From Mobula hypostoma (Eukaryota), in contig NC_086108.1 in NCBI RefSeq assembly GCF_963921235.1, positions 2,480,001 through 2,544,000 on the forward strand: a stretch of 64,000 nt of DNA. Reading direction: 5' to 3'. The position numbers and the translations under genes are program-made. The notes below the pieces were generated by a model. The model was not told the origin of the DNA and searched no databases. It saw nothing but the letters and a program-made list of their open reading frames with translations. Shown here one piece after another: positions 49,185-62,700 of the stretch (position 1 is the stretch's first letter; every line of letters begins with the position of its first letter).

Positions 49185-49944
49185 ATTGGGCCATCATTTA
49201 ATTGGGCAGCTGCTTATTTAGGCCAACTCTTAAAGACCAAAAACTAATCGGGAAAGTAGCCAGAATTTCCTTCATTTATTTGGACACTATGCCGCTAATT
49301 GGGGCAGGAGACTGTTGCCAAACAATTTTTAGCTAGCATCAGATGTGTGTGCCTGTGTGACCAATAGACCTACACCATACTTTGAAAGCACAGTTTTTAA
49401 ATAGTTATGTGTGTTTGTATTCAAAAAAGCAGTGATTTGTTTCACTGTTAGTTGGAGAGAAATAAGCAGTAAGACAATTCAGAACTGTTTTGCTCACTGC
49501 AGTTTCAAGCAGTCAGGCTTGGAGATGCCACAAACGACTGGGCGTGAAAATAAAACTACTTCACTACTTCAAGTTAAGAACTATAAAAAAAAGTTTGAAG
49601 GTATCAACAATCATCTTGAGTGTTACAATGAAAATGAAGATTTGGAGGATGCAGTCGATAGCATTTTATGAAGGCAGTTCAAAGATAGTCTGATTTTGTT
49701 TATTTACAGTCAAGAGAACATGGCAGCGGCATTTATAGTCAATCACAAGAATGAGGCAATTTTATAGTACTGTAGTATAATTGATTGTGTTCTAATTTAT
49801 TCTGTATTTCATTTAAATACATAATTTGTTACCCAGTTAAGTGGTAGTTTGTCTCTTTATAACTTTTAAGTATTTCCATGAAACTTCAGCTAATTGAGCA
49901 AAATATACTGATCCCGATGTGTCCCAATTGACCAGAATCCACTG
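49185..49944 (+). mobile_element. Tigger/pogo-type non-autonomous element
   Basis: SWREISSKTIQNCFAHC; homologous to 17725-18323; ends ccagaatccactg-TA. Confidence 0.7.
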
Positions 49945-52247
49945 TATTTCATTTGGCATCATGATCAGCACAGAGATTATGGGCTGACAAGTGTGCTCCT
50001 GTGCTGTACTGTTCTGTTTGAAGGCACATTGCTTTAAGTGTTCAAAAAATATATGGTGGAAGTACTCAGCAGTCGGGTAGATGCTGCCTGACTGCTGAGT
50101 TTTATATCTGATTTACAGGATCCACCTCATTTTTAAACATGCTGCAGATACTGGAAATCCAGAGTAACACACACAAAATGCTGGAGAAACATGGCAAGTC
50201 AGGCATCTAGAGAGGAATAAACAGTCAAAGTTCGGGCCTGGGCACCTTCATTAGGACTCTCTCTGAGTTTCCAGTCATTAAGTCGTAAAAGCAGAGCAAA
50301 ACAGTTCAGGGGTCTCATTTCCAAAAAGCAAAATCAAATGCCGGGAAGTCCTGCCTTTTACAAAGTTATCAAAGCATTGAGAGAATTGTGACATGACAGA
50401 ACCGAAATCATGCTGAGAAACAAAACAAAGATTTACAATCGTGCATCTCGGGTTGATTGAATGGCTGCCCTCTTTTGTAGTAGTATTCTTTAGTGGCGAG
50501 ATGAGAAGGTTGATGAGGTTGTGGTTTGTGGTAATACAACATTGAACTCCTCTGGATCCATATAACCAAATGGAAAAGAACCTACCAAAGAAATGTGCAG
50601 AGCTATTGACATTGAATTGGGGACTTTGAACTGAAACCATCTGTTTTGGACTTTTCTTTGCCTTCAAGCTTGCTGACAGGAGCTGCTTGTATTTAATGTA
50701 TTGTCATTCAAGTTCCATGCCGTTTGCTGGTGATATTAAACCTGATTCTGATACCTTATTATGTACCATATCGTATGACGTAGGTGATCATGGTCCCATG
50801 ACCACAATTATTCCTGGCAAATTTGCCTACAGAAGTGATTTGCCATTGCCTTCTTCTGGGCAGTGTCTTTGCAGGACGAGTAACCCCAGCCATTATCAAT
50901 ACTCTTCAGAGATCCAGTAGGGGAATAGGGTTTGGCCTTTTGAAATTGTTCCTCTTCAGTAATGTCTGCATTCTATGATGCCATACTTCCAGTACAGAGT
51001 GTATTAGATTGGTTGAGGGACGGAGCTTCTGCTTTTAGATTTTGTAAAACTAACCAGCTCCGTTATGGGCATTAGCCTCTGCAGTATCCAGGATGTCTTC
51101 AAGGAGTGATGCCTCAGGAAAGTGGTGTCCATCATTAAGGACCCTCATCACCCAGGACGTTCCCTCTTCTCATTGCTACCATCAGGAAGGATGTTTGGAA
51201 GCTGAAGACACACACTCAATGATTCAGGAACAGCTTCTTCCTCTCTCCCATCTGATTTCTGAATGGACACTACCTCACTACTTTTTTTTAATTTCCAATT
51301 TTTTTGTGCTGCTTATTTACTTTATTTATATATACTGCTTATTAATATATATTAAATAAAGTAAAAATCAGTGCAAAAAAAATTGGAAATTAAAAAAGTA
51401 TGGTAGTGTTCATATATATATAAAACTACTATTTTCTTTTCCTCTCTATGATCATGTATTGCACTGTACTGCTGCAGCGTTAACAAATTTCACAACACCT
51501 GCTGGTAATGTTAAACCTGATTCTGATTCCTCAGTGGACCATCGACTTCCTCATTGTGAACCTTACTTATCTCATAGCAAGATTGTTATCCAATGATGCA
51601 TATGAAAGAGAGGCCACTGCACCGTAAACTACTTAAAATTACATTTTTTTAATAATTAGTACAACAAATTTGAAAGCTCATTTGGTAGCTGTGAAATCCC
51701 AGTACAACTGGACTGTACTGTTATATGTTAATCCACACGCTGACTCTTATCTAGCCTTCCTCTCACTGCCAGATTGTTTACGTTCTACACTTCCTCCACC
51801 ACCTATCTTTCCGTCCTGCCCCCACTCCAAAATCCCATTAAAACTTCAAATGCTGGGAACTTGGGACTACCTACCATCAAGGGCATATGTATAGAAAAAT
51901 GCTGGAAAAAGGGCCAGCAACGTCATGAAGGATCCCACCCACCCTGTTCAAGCACTGTTTGTCCCACCCCCATCAGAGAGGATGCGACATAGCATCCACA
52001 CCAGGACCACCAGACTCAGAACAGTTACTTTACCCAAGCAGTAAGGCTGATTAACAGCTCCACCCACTAACCCACCCCTCCACACCCCCAATCACCACTA
52101 CTTTATCATTTCCTGTCAGTCATCTTATATGCATATATTCCTATACCTAGCATCACCTTATGGACATACAAGTAAACTATGTATATAAACTATATTGTCC
52201 ATTTATATTTGTTGTGTTTTTTATTATTATGTTCTTTATATATAAAT

Positions 52248-55045
52248 GGACCCAGGGTTGAGATTTTTGATTGGAGAAAGGCTAACTTTAAGGAGATGCG
52301 AAAGGAGTTAGAAGGAGTGGATTGGAACAATTTGTTTTATGGGAAGGATGTAATAGAGAAATGGAGGTCATTTAAAGGTGAAATTTTGAGGGTACAGAAT
52401 CTTTATGTTCCTGTTAGGTTGAAAGGAAAGGTTAAAAGTTTGAGAGAGCCATGGTTTTCAAGGGATATTGGAAACTTGGTTCGGAAAAAGAGAGAGATCT
52501 ACAATAAATATAGGCAGCATGGAGTAAATGAGGTGCTCGAGGAATATAAAGAATGTAAAAAGAATCAAGAAAGAAATTAGAAAAGCTAAAAGAAGATACG
52601 AGGTTACTTTGGGAAGTAAGGTGAAAATAAATCCAAAGGGTTTCTACAGTTATGTTAATAGCAAAAGGATAGTGAGGGATAAAATTGGTCACTTAGAGAA
52701 TCAGAGTGGACAGCTATGTGTGGAGCCAAAAGAGATGGGGGAAATTTTAAACAATTTCTTTTCTTCGGTATTCACTAAGGAGAAGGATATTGAATTGTGT
52801 AAGGTAAGGGAAACAGATAGGGAAGTTATGGAAACTATGATGATTAAAGAAGAGGACGTATTGGCGCTTTTAAGGAATATAAAAGTGGATAAGTCTCTGG
52901 GTCCTGATAGGATATTCCCTAGGACCTTGAGGAAAGTTAGTGTGAAAATAACAGGGGCTCTGACAGAAGTATAGTCATAGTCATACTTTATTGATCCCGA
53001 GGGAAATTAGTTTTTGTTACAGTTGCACCAACCAAGAATAGAGTATAAATATAGCAATATAAAACCATAAATAATTAAATAGTAATATGTAAATTATGCC
53101 AGGAAATAAGTCCAGGACCAGCCTACAGGCTCAGGGTGTCTGACCCTCCAAGGGAGGAGCTGTAAAGTTTGATGGCCACAGGCAGGAATGACTTCCTATG
53201 ATGCTCAGTGTTGCACCTCGGTGGAATGAGTCTCTGGCTGAATGTACTCCTGTGCCCAATTAGTACATTATCTAGTGGATTGGAGACATTGTCCAAGATG
53301 GCATGAAACTTGGACAGCATCCTCTTTTCAGACACCACCGTCAGAGAGTCCAGTTCCATCCCCACAACATCACTGGCGTTACGAATGAGTTTGTTGATTC
53401 TGTTGATGTCTACTACCCTCAGCCTGCTGCCCCAGCTCACAACAGCAAATATGATCGCACTGGCCACCACAGACTCGTAAAACATTCTCAGCTTCGCCCG
53501 ACAGATGTTAAAGGACCTCAGTCTCCTCAGGAAATAGAGAGGGCTCTGATCCTTCTTGTAGAAATATTTCAAATGTCATTAGAAACAGGGATGGTGCCGG
53601 AGGATTGGCTGATGTTGTTCCATTGTTTAAAAAGGGTTCTAAGAGTAAACCTAGGAATTATCGGCCTGTGAGTTTGACGTCAGTGGTGGGTAAATTCATG
53701 GAAAGTATTCTTAGAGATAGCATATATAAGTATCTGGATGGACAGGGTCTGATTAGGAACAGTCAACATGGATTTGTGTGTGGAAAGTCATGTTTGACAA
53801 ATCTTATTGAATTTTTTGAAGAAGTTACTAGGAAAGTTGACGAGGGTAAAGTGGTGGATGTTGTCTATATGGACTTCAGTAAGGCTTTTGACAAGGTTCC
53901 ACACGGAAGGTTAGTTAGGAAGGTTCAATCATTAGGTATTAATATTGAAGTAGTAAAATGGATTCAGCAGTGGCTAGATGGGAGACGCCAGAGAGTAGTG
54001 GTGGATAACTATTTGTCAGATTGGAGGCCGGTGACGAGTGGTGTACCTCAGGGATCTGTACTGGGTCCAATGTTGTTTGTCATATACATTAATGATCTGG
54101 ATGATGCGGTGGTAAATTGGATTAGTAAGTATGCAGATGATACTAAGATAGGTGGAGTTGTGGATAATGAAGTAGGTTTTCAAAGCTTGCAGAGAGATTT
54201 AGGCCAGTTAGAAGAGTGGGCTGAAAGATGGCAGATGGAGTTTAATGCTGATAAATGTGAGGTGCTACATTTTGGTAGGACTAATCAAAATAGGATATAC
54301 ATGGTAAATGGTAGGGCATTGAAGAATGCAGTAGAACAGAGGGATCTCGGAATAATGGTGCATAGTTCCCTGAAGGTGGAATCACGTGTGGATAGGGTGG
54401 TGAAGAAAGCTTTTTGTATGCTGGCCTTTATAAATCAGAGCATTGCGCATAGGAGTTGGGATGTAATGTTAGAATTGTACAAGGCATTGGTGAGGCCAAA
54501 TTTGGAGTATTGTGTATAGTTCTGGTCATCGAATTATAGGAAAGATGTCAACAAAATAGAGAGAGTACAGAGAAGATTTACTAGAATATTACCTGGGTTT
54601 CATCACCTAAGTTACAGAGAAAGGTTGAACAAGTTGGGTCTTTATTCTTTGGAGCGTAGAAGGTTGAAGGGGGACTTGATAAAGGTATTTAAAATTATGA
54701 GGGGGATAGATAGAGTTGACGTGGATAGGCTTTTTCCATTGAGAGTAGGGGAGATTCAAACAAAACGACATGAGTTGAGAGTTAAAGGGCAAAAGTTTAG
54801 GGGTAACATGAGGGGGAACTTCTTTACTCAGAGAGTGGTAGCTGTGTGGAACAAGTTTCTAGCAGAAGTGGTTGAGGCAGGTTCGATATTATCACTTAAA
54901 GTTAAATTGGACAGCTATATGGACAGGAAAGGAATGGAGGGTTATGGGCTGAGTGCAGGTCGGTGGGACTAGGTGAGAGTGAGCGTTTGGCACAGACTAG
55001 AAGGGCCGACATGGCCAGTTTCTGTGCAGTAATTGTTATATGGTT
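52248..55045 (+). mobile_element. CR1 LINE ORF2 3' part, relatively well preserved
   Basis: 304-aa RT ORF at 53605-54519 (NYRPVSLTS, GVPQGSVLGP, KYADDTK) and a CR1 3' tail. Confidence 0.94.
52971..53559 (-). mobile_element. Rex1/Babar-type 3' fragment inserted in the CR1
   Basis: LYFLRRLRSFNI..FYESVVAS..RKSFLPVAIKLY; (gactat)n tail; flanked by agaa(g/a)tat. Confidence 0.85.
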
Positions 55046-55888
55046 TATCTTATTGTATTTTTTGTGCTGAAGCAGAACTAGAGTAACAATTATTTTGTTC
55101 TCCTTTACACATGTGTACTGAAAATGACATTAAGCAACCTTGAATCCTGAGCTTGTACAGGAAATGTTCTCTTTACCACCATTGGAATTAAGTGATATCA
55201 CTTTGTCACTCCACTGTCAGTGAAACACAGAACAGTACATGCAGTACAGGCTTTTCAGACCATTATTTTGTGCTAGCCTTTTAACCTGTTTCAGGATTAT
55301 TCTGACCCTTGCCTCCTGCATGGCACTCCATTTTTCTATCATCCATGTGCCTATCTAAGAGTCTTATAAATGTCCCTAATGTACCTGCCATCACCACCAT
55401 CCCAGGGCATTTCACACATCCACCTCTTCCTGTGTGTGAAAAAGAACACCTACCTCTGACATCCCCACCACCCCCCAATCCTTGCCTCTAAACAACATAA
55501 AATTTTAAACACAAAGTCTGCAGATGCTGGAAATCTAAAGCAACACATCCAAACTGCCCCTTTGTGTTGGCCTTTTCTGCTCTGGGGAAAGAGGTCTCTG
55601 GGTATCCACTCTGTCCATCCCTCTTGTCATCTTGTACATAACAATCAAGTCGCCTCTCATCCAAAGACAAAAGCCCTAGCTCACTCAACCTTTTCTTATA
55701 AGCCGTACTCTCTAATCCAGGTAGCTGGGTTGTAAAAGGATGTCAAATGTGAGGCAAAGAGGGAAGAAAAGAATATAGTATGTGTGGTTCTGCTTTGTTT
55801 CAATTGGTGTCTTGGTCAGAAAAGCACCTCAGTTGGAGAAATAGCAAAACTGTTTTGTAACTAAGGTTGTGTTTTCTTATTTACCCAG

Positions 55889-56049
55889 AGCCCAATTTGT
55901 TGAATGGGACAGCACACAGTGTTAACAAACGTGGAGTGAAGAAACGTGATTTGGACTGTGCGCAGCTCCGCGAGATCGTCTGCGACCTGGTGCCACACAT
56001 TCGCATTGCTCATGTCCTTCCAGCGAAGAGCGAGGCCCTGTCTGATGCA
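55889..56049 (+). CDS. BTBD7: BTBD7-like gene, next coding exon (161 bp; EPNLLNGTAHSVNKRGVKKRDLD...SEALSDA)
   Basis: Acceptor ttacccAG ends at 55888 and donor GTaagt starts at 56050. G(19393)+AG(55889-90) rebuilds a Glu codon. GTAHSVNKRGVK is the BTBD7 motif. The intron 19394-55888 is 36,495 bp. Confidence 0.92.
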
Positions 56050-56579
56050 GTAAGTGACCTTACCTAGACCACAATTTAAAATTCAAAGTACATTTATTAT
56101 CAAAGTATGCATACCATATACAGCCTTGCGAGTCATCCCCTTACAGGCAGTGAGTAAACAAACCCAATAGAATCCATCAAAAAAAACAAATCCTGCAAAC
56201 AATCGAGGTAAGAAAATAGCATTCAGAAATGAAGTTCACAGAAGTGAGTTAACTGACACAAAGCCAGCAGCTGATTGAGGAGGCTTACCTGCAGGCTGCA
56301 GCTTCAGTTCAGCACAGAGATGAGTAAACCTCATGGAGCAGTGAGCTGAACACCAGTCTGTCCCTCGTCTCCGGCCTTTCCAATCTGGCCTGGCACTTAA
56401 ATCATCCAAACCATGGATCATTCTTTGTTCACAGACCCAGGCCCTGACACTTCGATACTCTCCTGAACCCGGGCCCACCGGCTTGATTCAGCTCATACCT
56501 GACCTTTCCAATTCATTCTACATATGTATGTATCTATTTATGTATTGATTTATTCATTGATTCCTTAATTAATTCACTG

Positions 56580-56850
56580 AGATGCAAAACAGAATAGGCC
56601 CTCTGGCCCTTCGAACCACACCACCCAACAACCCCCAGTTTAATTGTAGCCTAATCATTGGACAATTTACAGTGACCAACTAACCTACCAACCAGTAAAT
56701 CTTTGGACTGTGGGAAGAAACCGGAGCACCCGGAGGAAACCCACGCGGTCACGGGGTGGATGTACAAACTCCTTACAGACAATGACATTAATTGAACCCG
56801 GATCACCTGTACCATGAAGCATTGCGCTAACCACGATGCTACAGTGCTAC
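56580..56850 (-). mobile_element. V-SINE
   Basis: ctttggactgtgggaagaaaccggagcacccggaggaaacccacgc (reverse V-domain) and tRNA-like head. Confidence 0.8.
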
Positions 56851-57419
56851 CCCATCTTGGATCTAGTGATCATAATTCAGCCTGGTGCTTAAATCGATCA
56901 GACCTCTGGTCTTTTCTCGCTCGGGCCCAAGCCATGACTTGGTTCTGCCACATCGACCCGCCTCCAATTCCACTCCAGCCATGGGCAAACTTTGGCTCAT
57001 TTCCTGCTCTTGTTCCTGGCCTAAGCCGCCCTGATTCAGCCTGTGCATGTTCATTGGCTCAACTGGTCTTTGCAAGTATTAATATTTCATATTCAAAGTA
57101 TATTTATTATCAAAGTATGTATACCATATTCAACCTTGAGATTCATCTTCGTGCAGGCAGCCACAAAACCAAGAAACACAATAGAATCTATTAAAAAAAA
57201 ACTCAATTCAACTAATACTATCAAACATCCAATGTGCGAAAAAAGAACAAATCGTGCAAACGATAAAAAAGTAAGCAAGTAAAACATGGAACATGAGCTG
57301 CAGAGGTCCTGAAAGTGAGTCCACAGCCGTAGCCAGGAGCCAGTTCATTGAATGTGCCCCTCCCCCATCTTTATCATACACTCTCATAGAATGCTAACCA
57401 AGCCATACAAACTTTCTTC

Positions 57420-58130
57420 CTATGCCTAGTCAATAGTCAGTGGGATTTGAAGGAGCAAATTTGCAAAAAGATAGCCAGCACTTGCCAGGAAATATAAAGT
57501 TATGGTAGTAGGTGGCTTTAACTTTCCACATTGACTGGGACTTCCCTACTGTAATAGGACTGGGTGGGATAGTGTTTGTTAAATGCATTCAGAAAGGTTT
57601 CCTTAATCTATACCTGGAGATCCCAACTAGAGAGAGTGCGATACTGGGTCTCCTCTCGGGGAACGAGACAGGACAGTGACAGAAATGTGTATAGGGAACA
57701 CTTTGGATCTAGTGATCATAATTCCATTAGTTTCAAGATAATTAAGGAGAGGTATAGGATGGGATGGGATCTTGTGTTGTAAACTGGAGGAAGGCCAGTT
57801 TGGATGGCATCAGAAAGGATCTGCCAGGTGTGAATGGCTGTTTTCTGGCAAAGGGGCGCTTGATAAATGGGAACCTTCAAAAGTGGAAATATTAAGGGTA
57901 CGGAGTCTTAGAATAAAAACCAAGCCAGCAGGTTTGGGGAACCTTGGTTATTGAGTGAATATTGAAGCTCTGGTAAAGAAAAAGAAAGAGCCTCATATCA
58001 CGTATAAGCAGTTTGGATCAAATGTGGTGTTTGAGGAGTCTAAGAAATATAAGAGAACACTTAAGGGAGAAATTAGGAGGGTTAAAAGAGGACATGACTT
58101 GCTCTTCCAGACAAGGTGAAAGGGAATTCC
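57420..58130 (+). mobile_element. Old CR1 ORF2 fragment (endonuclease region)
   Basis: EHFGSSDHNSISFKI motif; highly degenerate. Confidence 0.65.
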
Positions 58131-59679
58131 AAGAGCAGGTAGCTGGAAGTAGGCTGACATGGACTAAGTGGGCCTGAAGGAGCTGGTTCTGTGCTGATGT
58201 GACTCTGACTCAACCTCTGGTTCTGATGTACCCCATTTAATGTACAGTAAATGGTAACTGAACCTTGCCTAGATGGAAATAATCTTATCTATTTAACCAT
58301 CATTATTACGTGCCATGTCATATGACTAGGGCGATCATGGTCTTTCTGTGACCATGATTATTCTTGGCAAGTTTTTCCAAGTGGAAGTGGTTTGCCATAG
58401 CCTTCTTCTGGGCAGTGTCTTTACGAGATGGGTGACTCACAGCCATTATCAATACTCTTCAGAGATTGTCTCCCTGACATCAGTGGTCACATAACCGGGA
58501 CTTGCGATATGCATCGGCTGCTCATATGACCATCTACTACCTGCTCCCATGGCTTCACGTGAGCCTGATCTGGGTGGTTGGGGGGGGTGGGCTAAGCAGG
58601 TGCTGCACCTTGCTCAAGGGTGACCTGCAGTCTATTGGAGGAAAAGAGCGCCTTACACCTCCTCTGGAAGAGATGTATCTCCACCCCGCCACTGGGTTTA
58701 CTGTTCATTTAGTTACTTGACTTTGAACTTGTCCACCAACTCCAATTTTCCTTACCGTATACTGTAAGTCTTTCATCTCTGATACTCTTCTCCAGTGTTC
58801 TAGCAATGCAGGTAACTGGCCATTTGGTGGGGAGGATGTTCCCTATGGTGGGGGAGTCTAGGACCAGAGTACACAGCCTCACAATACAGGAGTGTCCTTC
58901 TGGAACGGAAATGAGGAAGAATTTATCAAAGTGGTGAATCTGTGGAATTCATCACCACAGGTGGCTATGGAGGCCAAGTCATTGAGTATATTTAAGGCAG
59001 AGGTTGATAGTTTCTTGATTAGTCAGGGCATGAAGGGATACGAGGAGGAGGCAGGAGATTGGGACTGACAGGGAAATGGATCAGCCATGATGAAATGGCG
59101 GAGAAGACTTGATGGGCCAAATAGCCTAATTCTGCTCCTATATTGTATGGTCTTATTCTGGCCCAACGACCCATGCCGCCCACTTACACGTATGTAACAA
59201 ATGAATCTACTAACCCATATGTCTTTGGAATATGGAAGGAAATTGGAGCACCCAGAGGAAACCCATGCAATCATGGGGAGAATGTACAAACTCCTTGCAA
59301 TCAATGTTGAAAATTGAACGGAGGTCACAGGCACTGCAATAGAGTTAGGCTGACCACCAACCTATGTGCTATTGTGCTGCCCTATATTCTCAAATCCATT
59401 ACGTATATAGCTAGCTTTTTTAGGGTGTGGAGTAACCATTGGTATATTCTCTTCAGCTCTATTAATTACGAGTTGGGTTGTCCTGTTGTGTTAATTATTG
59501 TTGTACTAACTCCTGATTCACTGATCATGTGTTTGAATAAACAGCAGTTGTCTAAATCATTGAAGACTTTGTCCAGGATCTTTCAGAAGCATGCTTTTAG
59601 CCACATCTGCTGATGTCATCTGGCACTGTAGAAGAGGTCCATGGGCGACTCCGGAGTCCAAACTGATAATTGCTCCAAG

Positions 59680-59965
59680 CAGCACACACAAAATGCTGGA
59701 TGAACTCAGTAGGTATCTCTGTAAGGGATAAATAGCTAATGTTTTGGTTCAAGCCCCTTCATCGGATTGGAAAGGAAGTGGGTAGCCAGAATAAGGTGGT
59801 GGGGGAGGTAAAGAAGAACTTCCCCTCTTACTCTGCCTTCTTCCCCCTTTCTTCCCAGTCCTAATGAAGGGTTTCAGCAGAAAAGTTGATTATTCATTCC
59901 CTTCCATAGATTCCTGCTGAGTTCCTCCAGCATTTTGCTCTGGTTTCAGAACCTTTTGTGTTTGT
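59680..59965. mobile_element. Degenerate fold-back PLE terminal-repeat insertion
   Basis: caaaatgctggatgaactcag on the left versus ctgagttcctccagcattttg on the right; decayed hammerhead-like cctaatgaaggg. Confidence 0.65.
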
Positions 59966-60023
59966 CTAGAAAGGAGAGTTTGTGCCTTTTATGTTCCTAA
60001 TCATAGTACTTCATTACCTAGAG

Positions 60024-60094
60024 CAGGAGTTCCCAACCTTTTTTATGCCATGGATCCTAACCATAGTCTTTGGACCCCAGGCTGGGAACCGCTG
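60024..60094. mobile_element. 71-bp hAT mini-MITE
   Basis: TIRs caggagttcccaacc and ggctgggaaccgctg; 8-bp TSD (a/t)cctagag. Confidence 0.7.
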
Positions 60095-60819
60095 TCCTAG
60101 AGATAGGAGACCAAGGGGGAGATTTGATTGAGGTATAACAAAATTATGAGCGGTACAGAATAGAGTAAATGCAAGCAGGATTTTTCCACTGAATTTGGGT
60201 GGGAGTGCAATCAAAAGTCATGGGTTAAGGGTGAAAGGTGAAAAGTTTAAGAGGGATGTGAGAGCGTGGAATAACTTGCCAGCACAAGTGATGCATGCAA
60301 GCTCAATTTCAACATTTAAGTTTGGATAGGTATGTGGATGGTAGGAGTATGGAGGGCTATGGTCCCAGTGCAGGTCGATGGGAGTAGGCAGTTTAAACAG
60401 TTTGGCACAGACAATTTGGGCCAAAGGGCCTTTTTTCTGTGCTGTTCTTCTTTATGACTCTACAGAAAAATACGATAAGTGGAGAATGGTTGCATCAGGC
60501 TTGATCTTTTGCAGTATGGTACTGGTGGGCTTGATTTATGCAAGGTGGTGAAGAAAAGTACATGGACATTCCTCAACTTAGCCCTACTCTGCCTCAGAAG
60601 ATCACCATCGTGATGTGTGGCTTTGCAGATCAACAGGGTGAGACATGTTGCCGATTGCCAGGTCAAGGAAATAGGTTACAGGAGTGATAGTACGATTCTG
60701 AACCTCCCTAATCTTTTCACTGGTGATGGCCACCGTCAGATTTCATTAATCCCACCCTAGTGAAGTTGTAAACTTAGTCCCTGTTACCCTTACTGGCATT
60801 GCAGTCAACAGGAAATTGA

Positions 60820-62700
60820 GAGGGTGAAGTATGAGGTGACCATAATACATAGTAGCATAATTAGGCCATTCAACCCATTGAATCTGTTCCGTCTTTCTAT
60901 CATGGCTGATATATTATCACCCTCAACCTCATTCTCCTGTCTACTCCCCATTATCTTTGATGCCCTTACTGAACATGAGTCTATCAACCTCTGCTTTAAA
61001 ATATACCAAATGACTTGGTCTCAACTGCTGTCTGTGGCAATGAATTCCACAGATTCTCTACCTTCTGGCTCAAGGAATTCCTCCTCATCTATGTTCTGAA
61101 GGGATGTATTTCTGTTCTGAGGCTGTGGCATCTGGTCCTAGACTCCCCTACTATAGGAAGCATCCTCTTCATGTCCACTCCATCTAGGCCTTTAAATATT
61201 TGATAGGCTTCATTCTTCTAAACACCTGCAAGTACAGGCCCAAAGTTATCAACACTTCTCTTAAACTTCTTGAAATCATTCTTGTGGATATCTTCAGTAC
61301 ATCTTTTCTAAGTGGGCCAAAACTGCTCACAATACTCCTAAGTGCAGACTGACCAATGCCTTATAAAGCCTCAGCATTAAATCCTTGCTTTTATATTCAG
61401 TCTTCTCGAAATGAGTGCTGACATTGCATTTGCCTTCCTTCAGAATCAGAATCATGTTTATTATCACCGGTATGTGATGTGAAATTTGTTAACTTAGCAG
61501 CAGTAATTCAATGCAATACAAAATCTAGCAGAGAGAGAAAAAATAATAATAAATAAACAAGTAAATCATATTGGAATAGATTTTAAAAAACGTACAAAAA
61601 CAGAAATTCTGTATGTTAAAAAAAGTGAGGTAGTGTTCAAAGATTCAATGTCCATTTAGGGAAGAAACTGTTTCTGAATTGCTGAGTGTGTGCCTTCAGA
61701 CTTCTGTACCCACTACCACTACCTGATGATAACTGTGAGAAAAGAGCATGTCCTGGATGCTGGAGGTCCTTAATAATGGACGCTGCCTTTCTGACACACC
61801 GCTCCTTGAAGATGTCCTGGGTACTTTGTAGGCTAGTCGTCATGGCTATCTCTCGAGTTCAACGATGTTGGTCTTTGTTCTGAAGAAGTGGCCCACAGAG
61901 CGAAGACGCCTGTGCGTGTATTTGTTTAACATGTACTTGATGTTGTGCTCCAAGAAGCACACGATCCTCAGAGATCTTGACACCCAGGAACCTGAAACTG
62001 CTCACTCTCTCCTCTTCCTCTATGAGGATTGGTATGTGTTCCTTCACCTTACCCTTCCGGAAGTCCACAGTCAGCTCTTTCATCTTACTGACGTTGAGTG
62101 CCAGGTTGTTGCTACGACACCACTCCACTAGTTGGCATATCTCACTCCTGTACGCCCTCTTGTCACCACCTGAGATTCTACCGACAATGGTTGTATCATC
62201 CCCAAATTTATATAGATGGTATTTGAGCTGTGCCTAGCCACACAGTCATGTGTATACAGAGAGTAGAGCAGTGGGCTAAGCACACACCCCTGAGATGCGC
62301 CAGTGTTGATCATCAGCGAGGAGGATACCGCCAACTCAACCTTCAAGTTAACCTTTAGGGAATTCTGCATGAGGACTCCCAAGTCCCTTTGCATCTCTGA
62401 TTTTTGAATTTTTTCCCCGTTCAGAAAATAGTCTACACCTATATTCCTTCCTAAAGTGCATGACCATGCACTCCCCTACACTGTATTTCATCTGCCACTT
62501 CTTTGCCCATTCTTTTAATATACAGTAAGTCCTTTTACAAACTCCCTACTTCCTCAACACTATCTGCCCATCCATCTATCTGTGTATCATACTCAAAATT
62601 TGGCCTCAAAGTCATCAATTCCATTATCCAAATCCATTGACATATAACTTGAAAAGCAGCAGTCCCAACAGCGACCCCTGTGGAACATCACTAGTCACCG
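60820..62700 (-). mobile_element. CR1 3' fragment interrupted by a Rex1/Babar fragment (~61442-62325)
   Basis: CR1 RDLGVLMQNSLKV; Rex1 GASQGCVLSPLLYSLYTHDC, WC..NNLALNVSK.KEL.VDFRK and (tctga)n tail. Confidence 0.8.

Noticed and set aside
50278..50667. 129-aa minus-strand ORF in apparently unique sequence
   Set aside because: No recognisable motif, no convincing splice signals, no match to neighbouring BTBD7 peptide, and the + frames contain stops.
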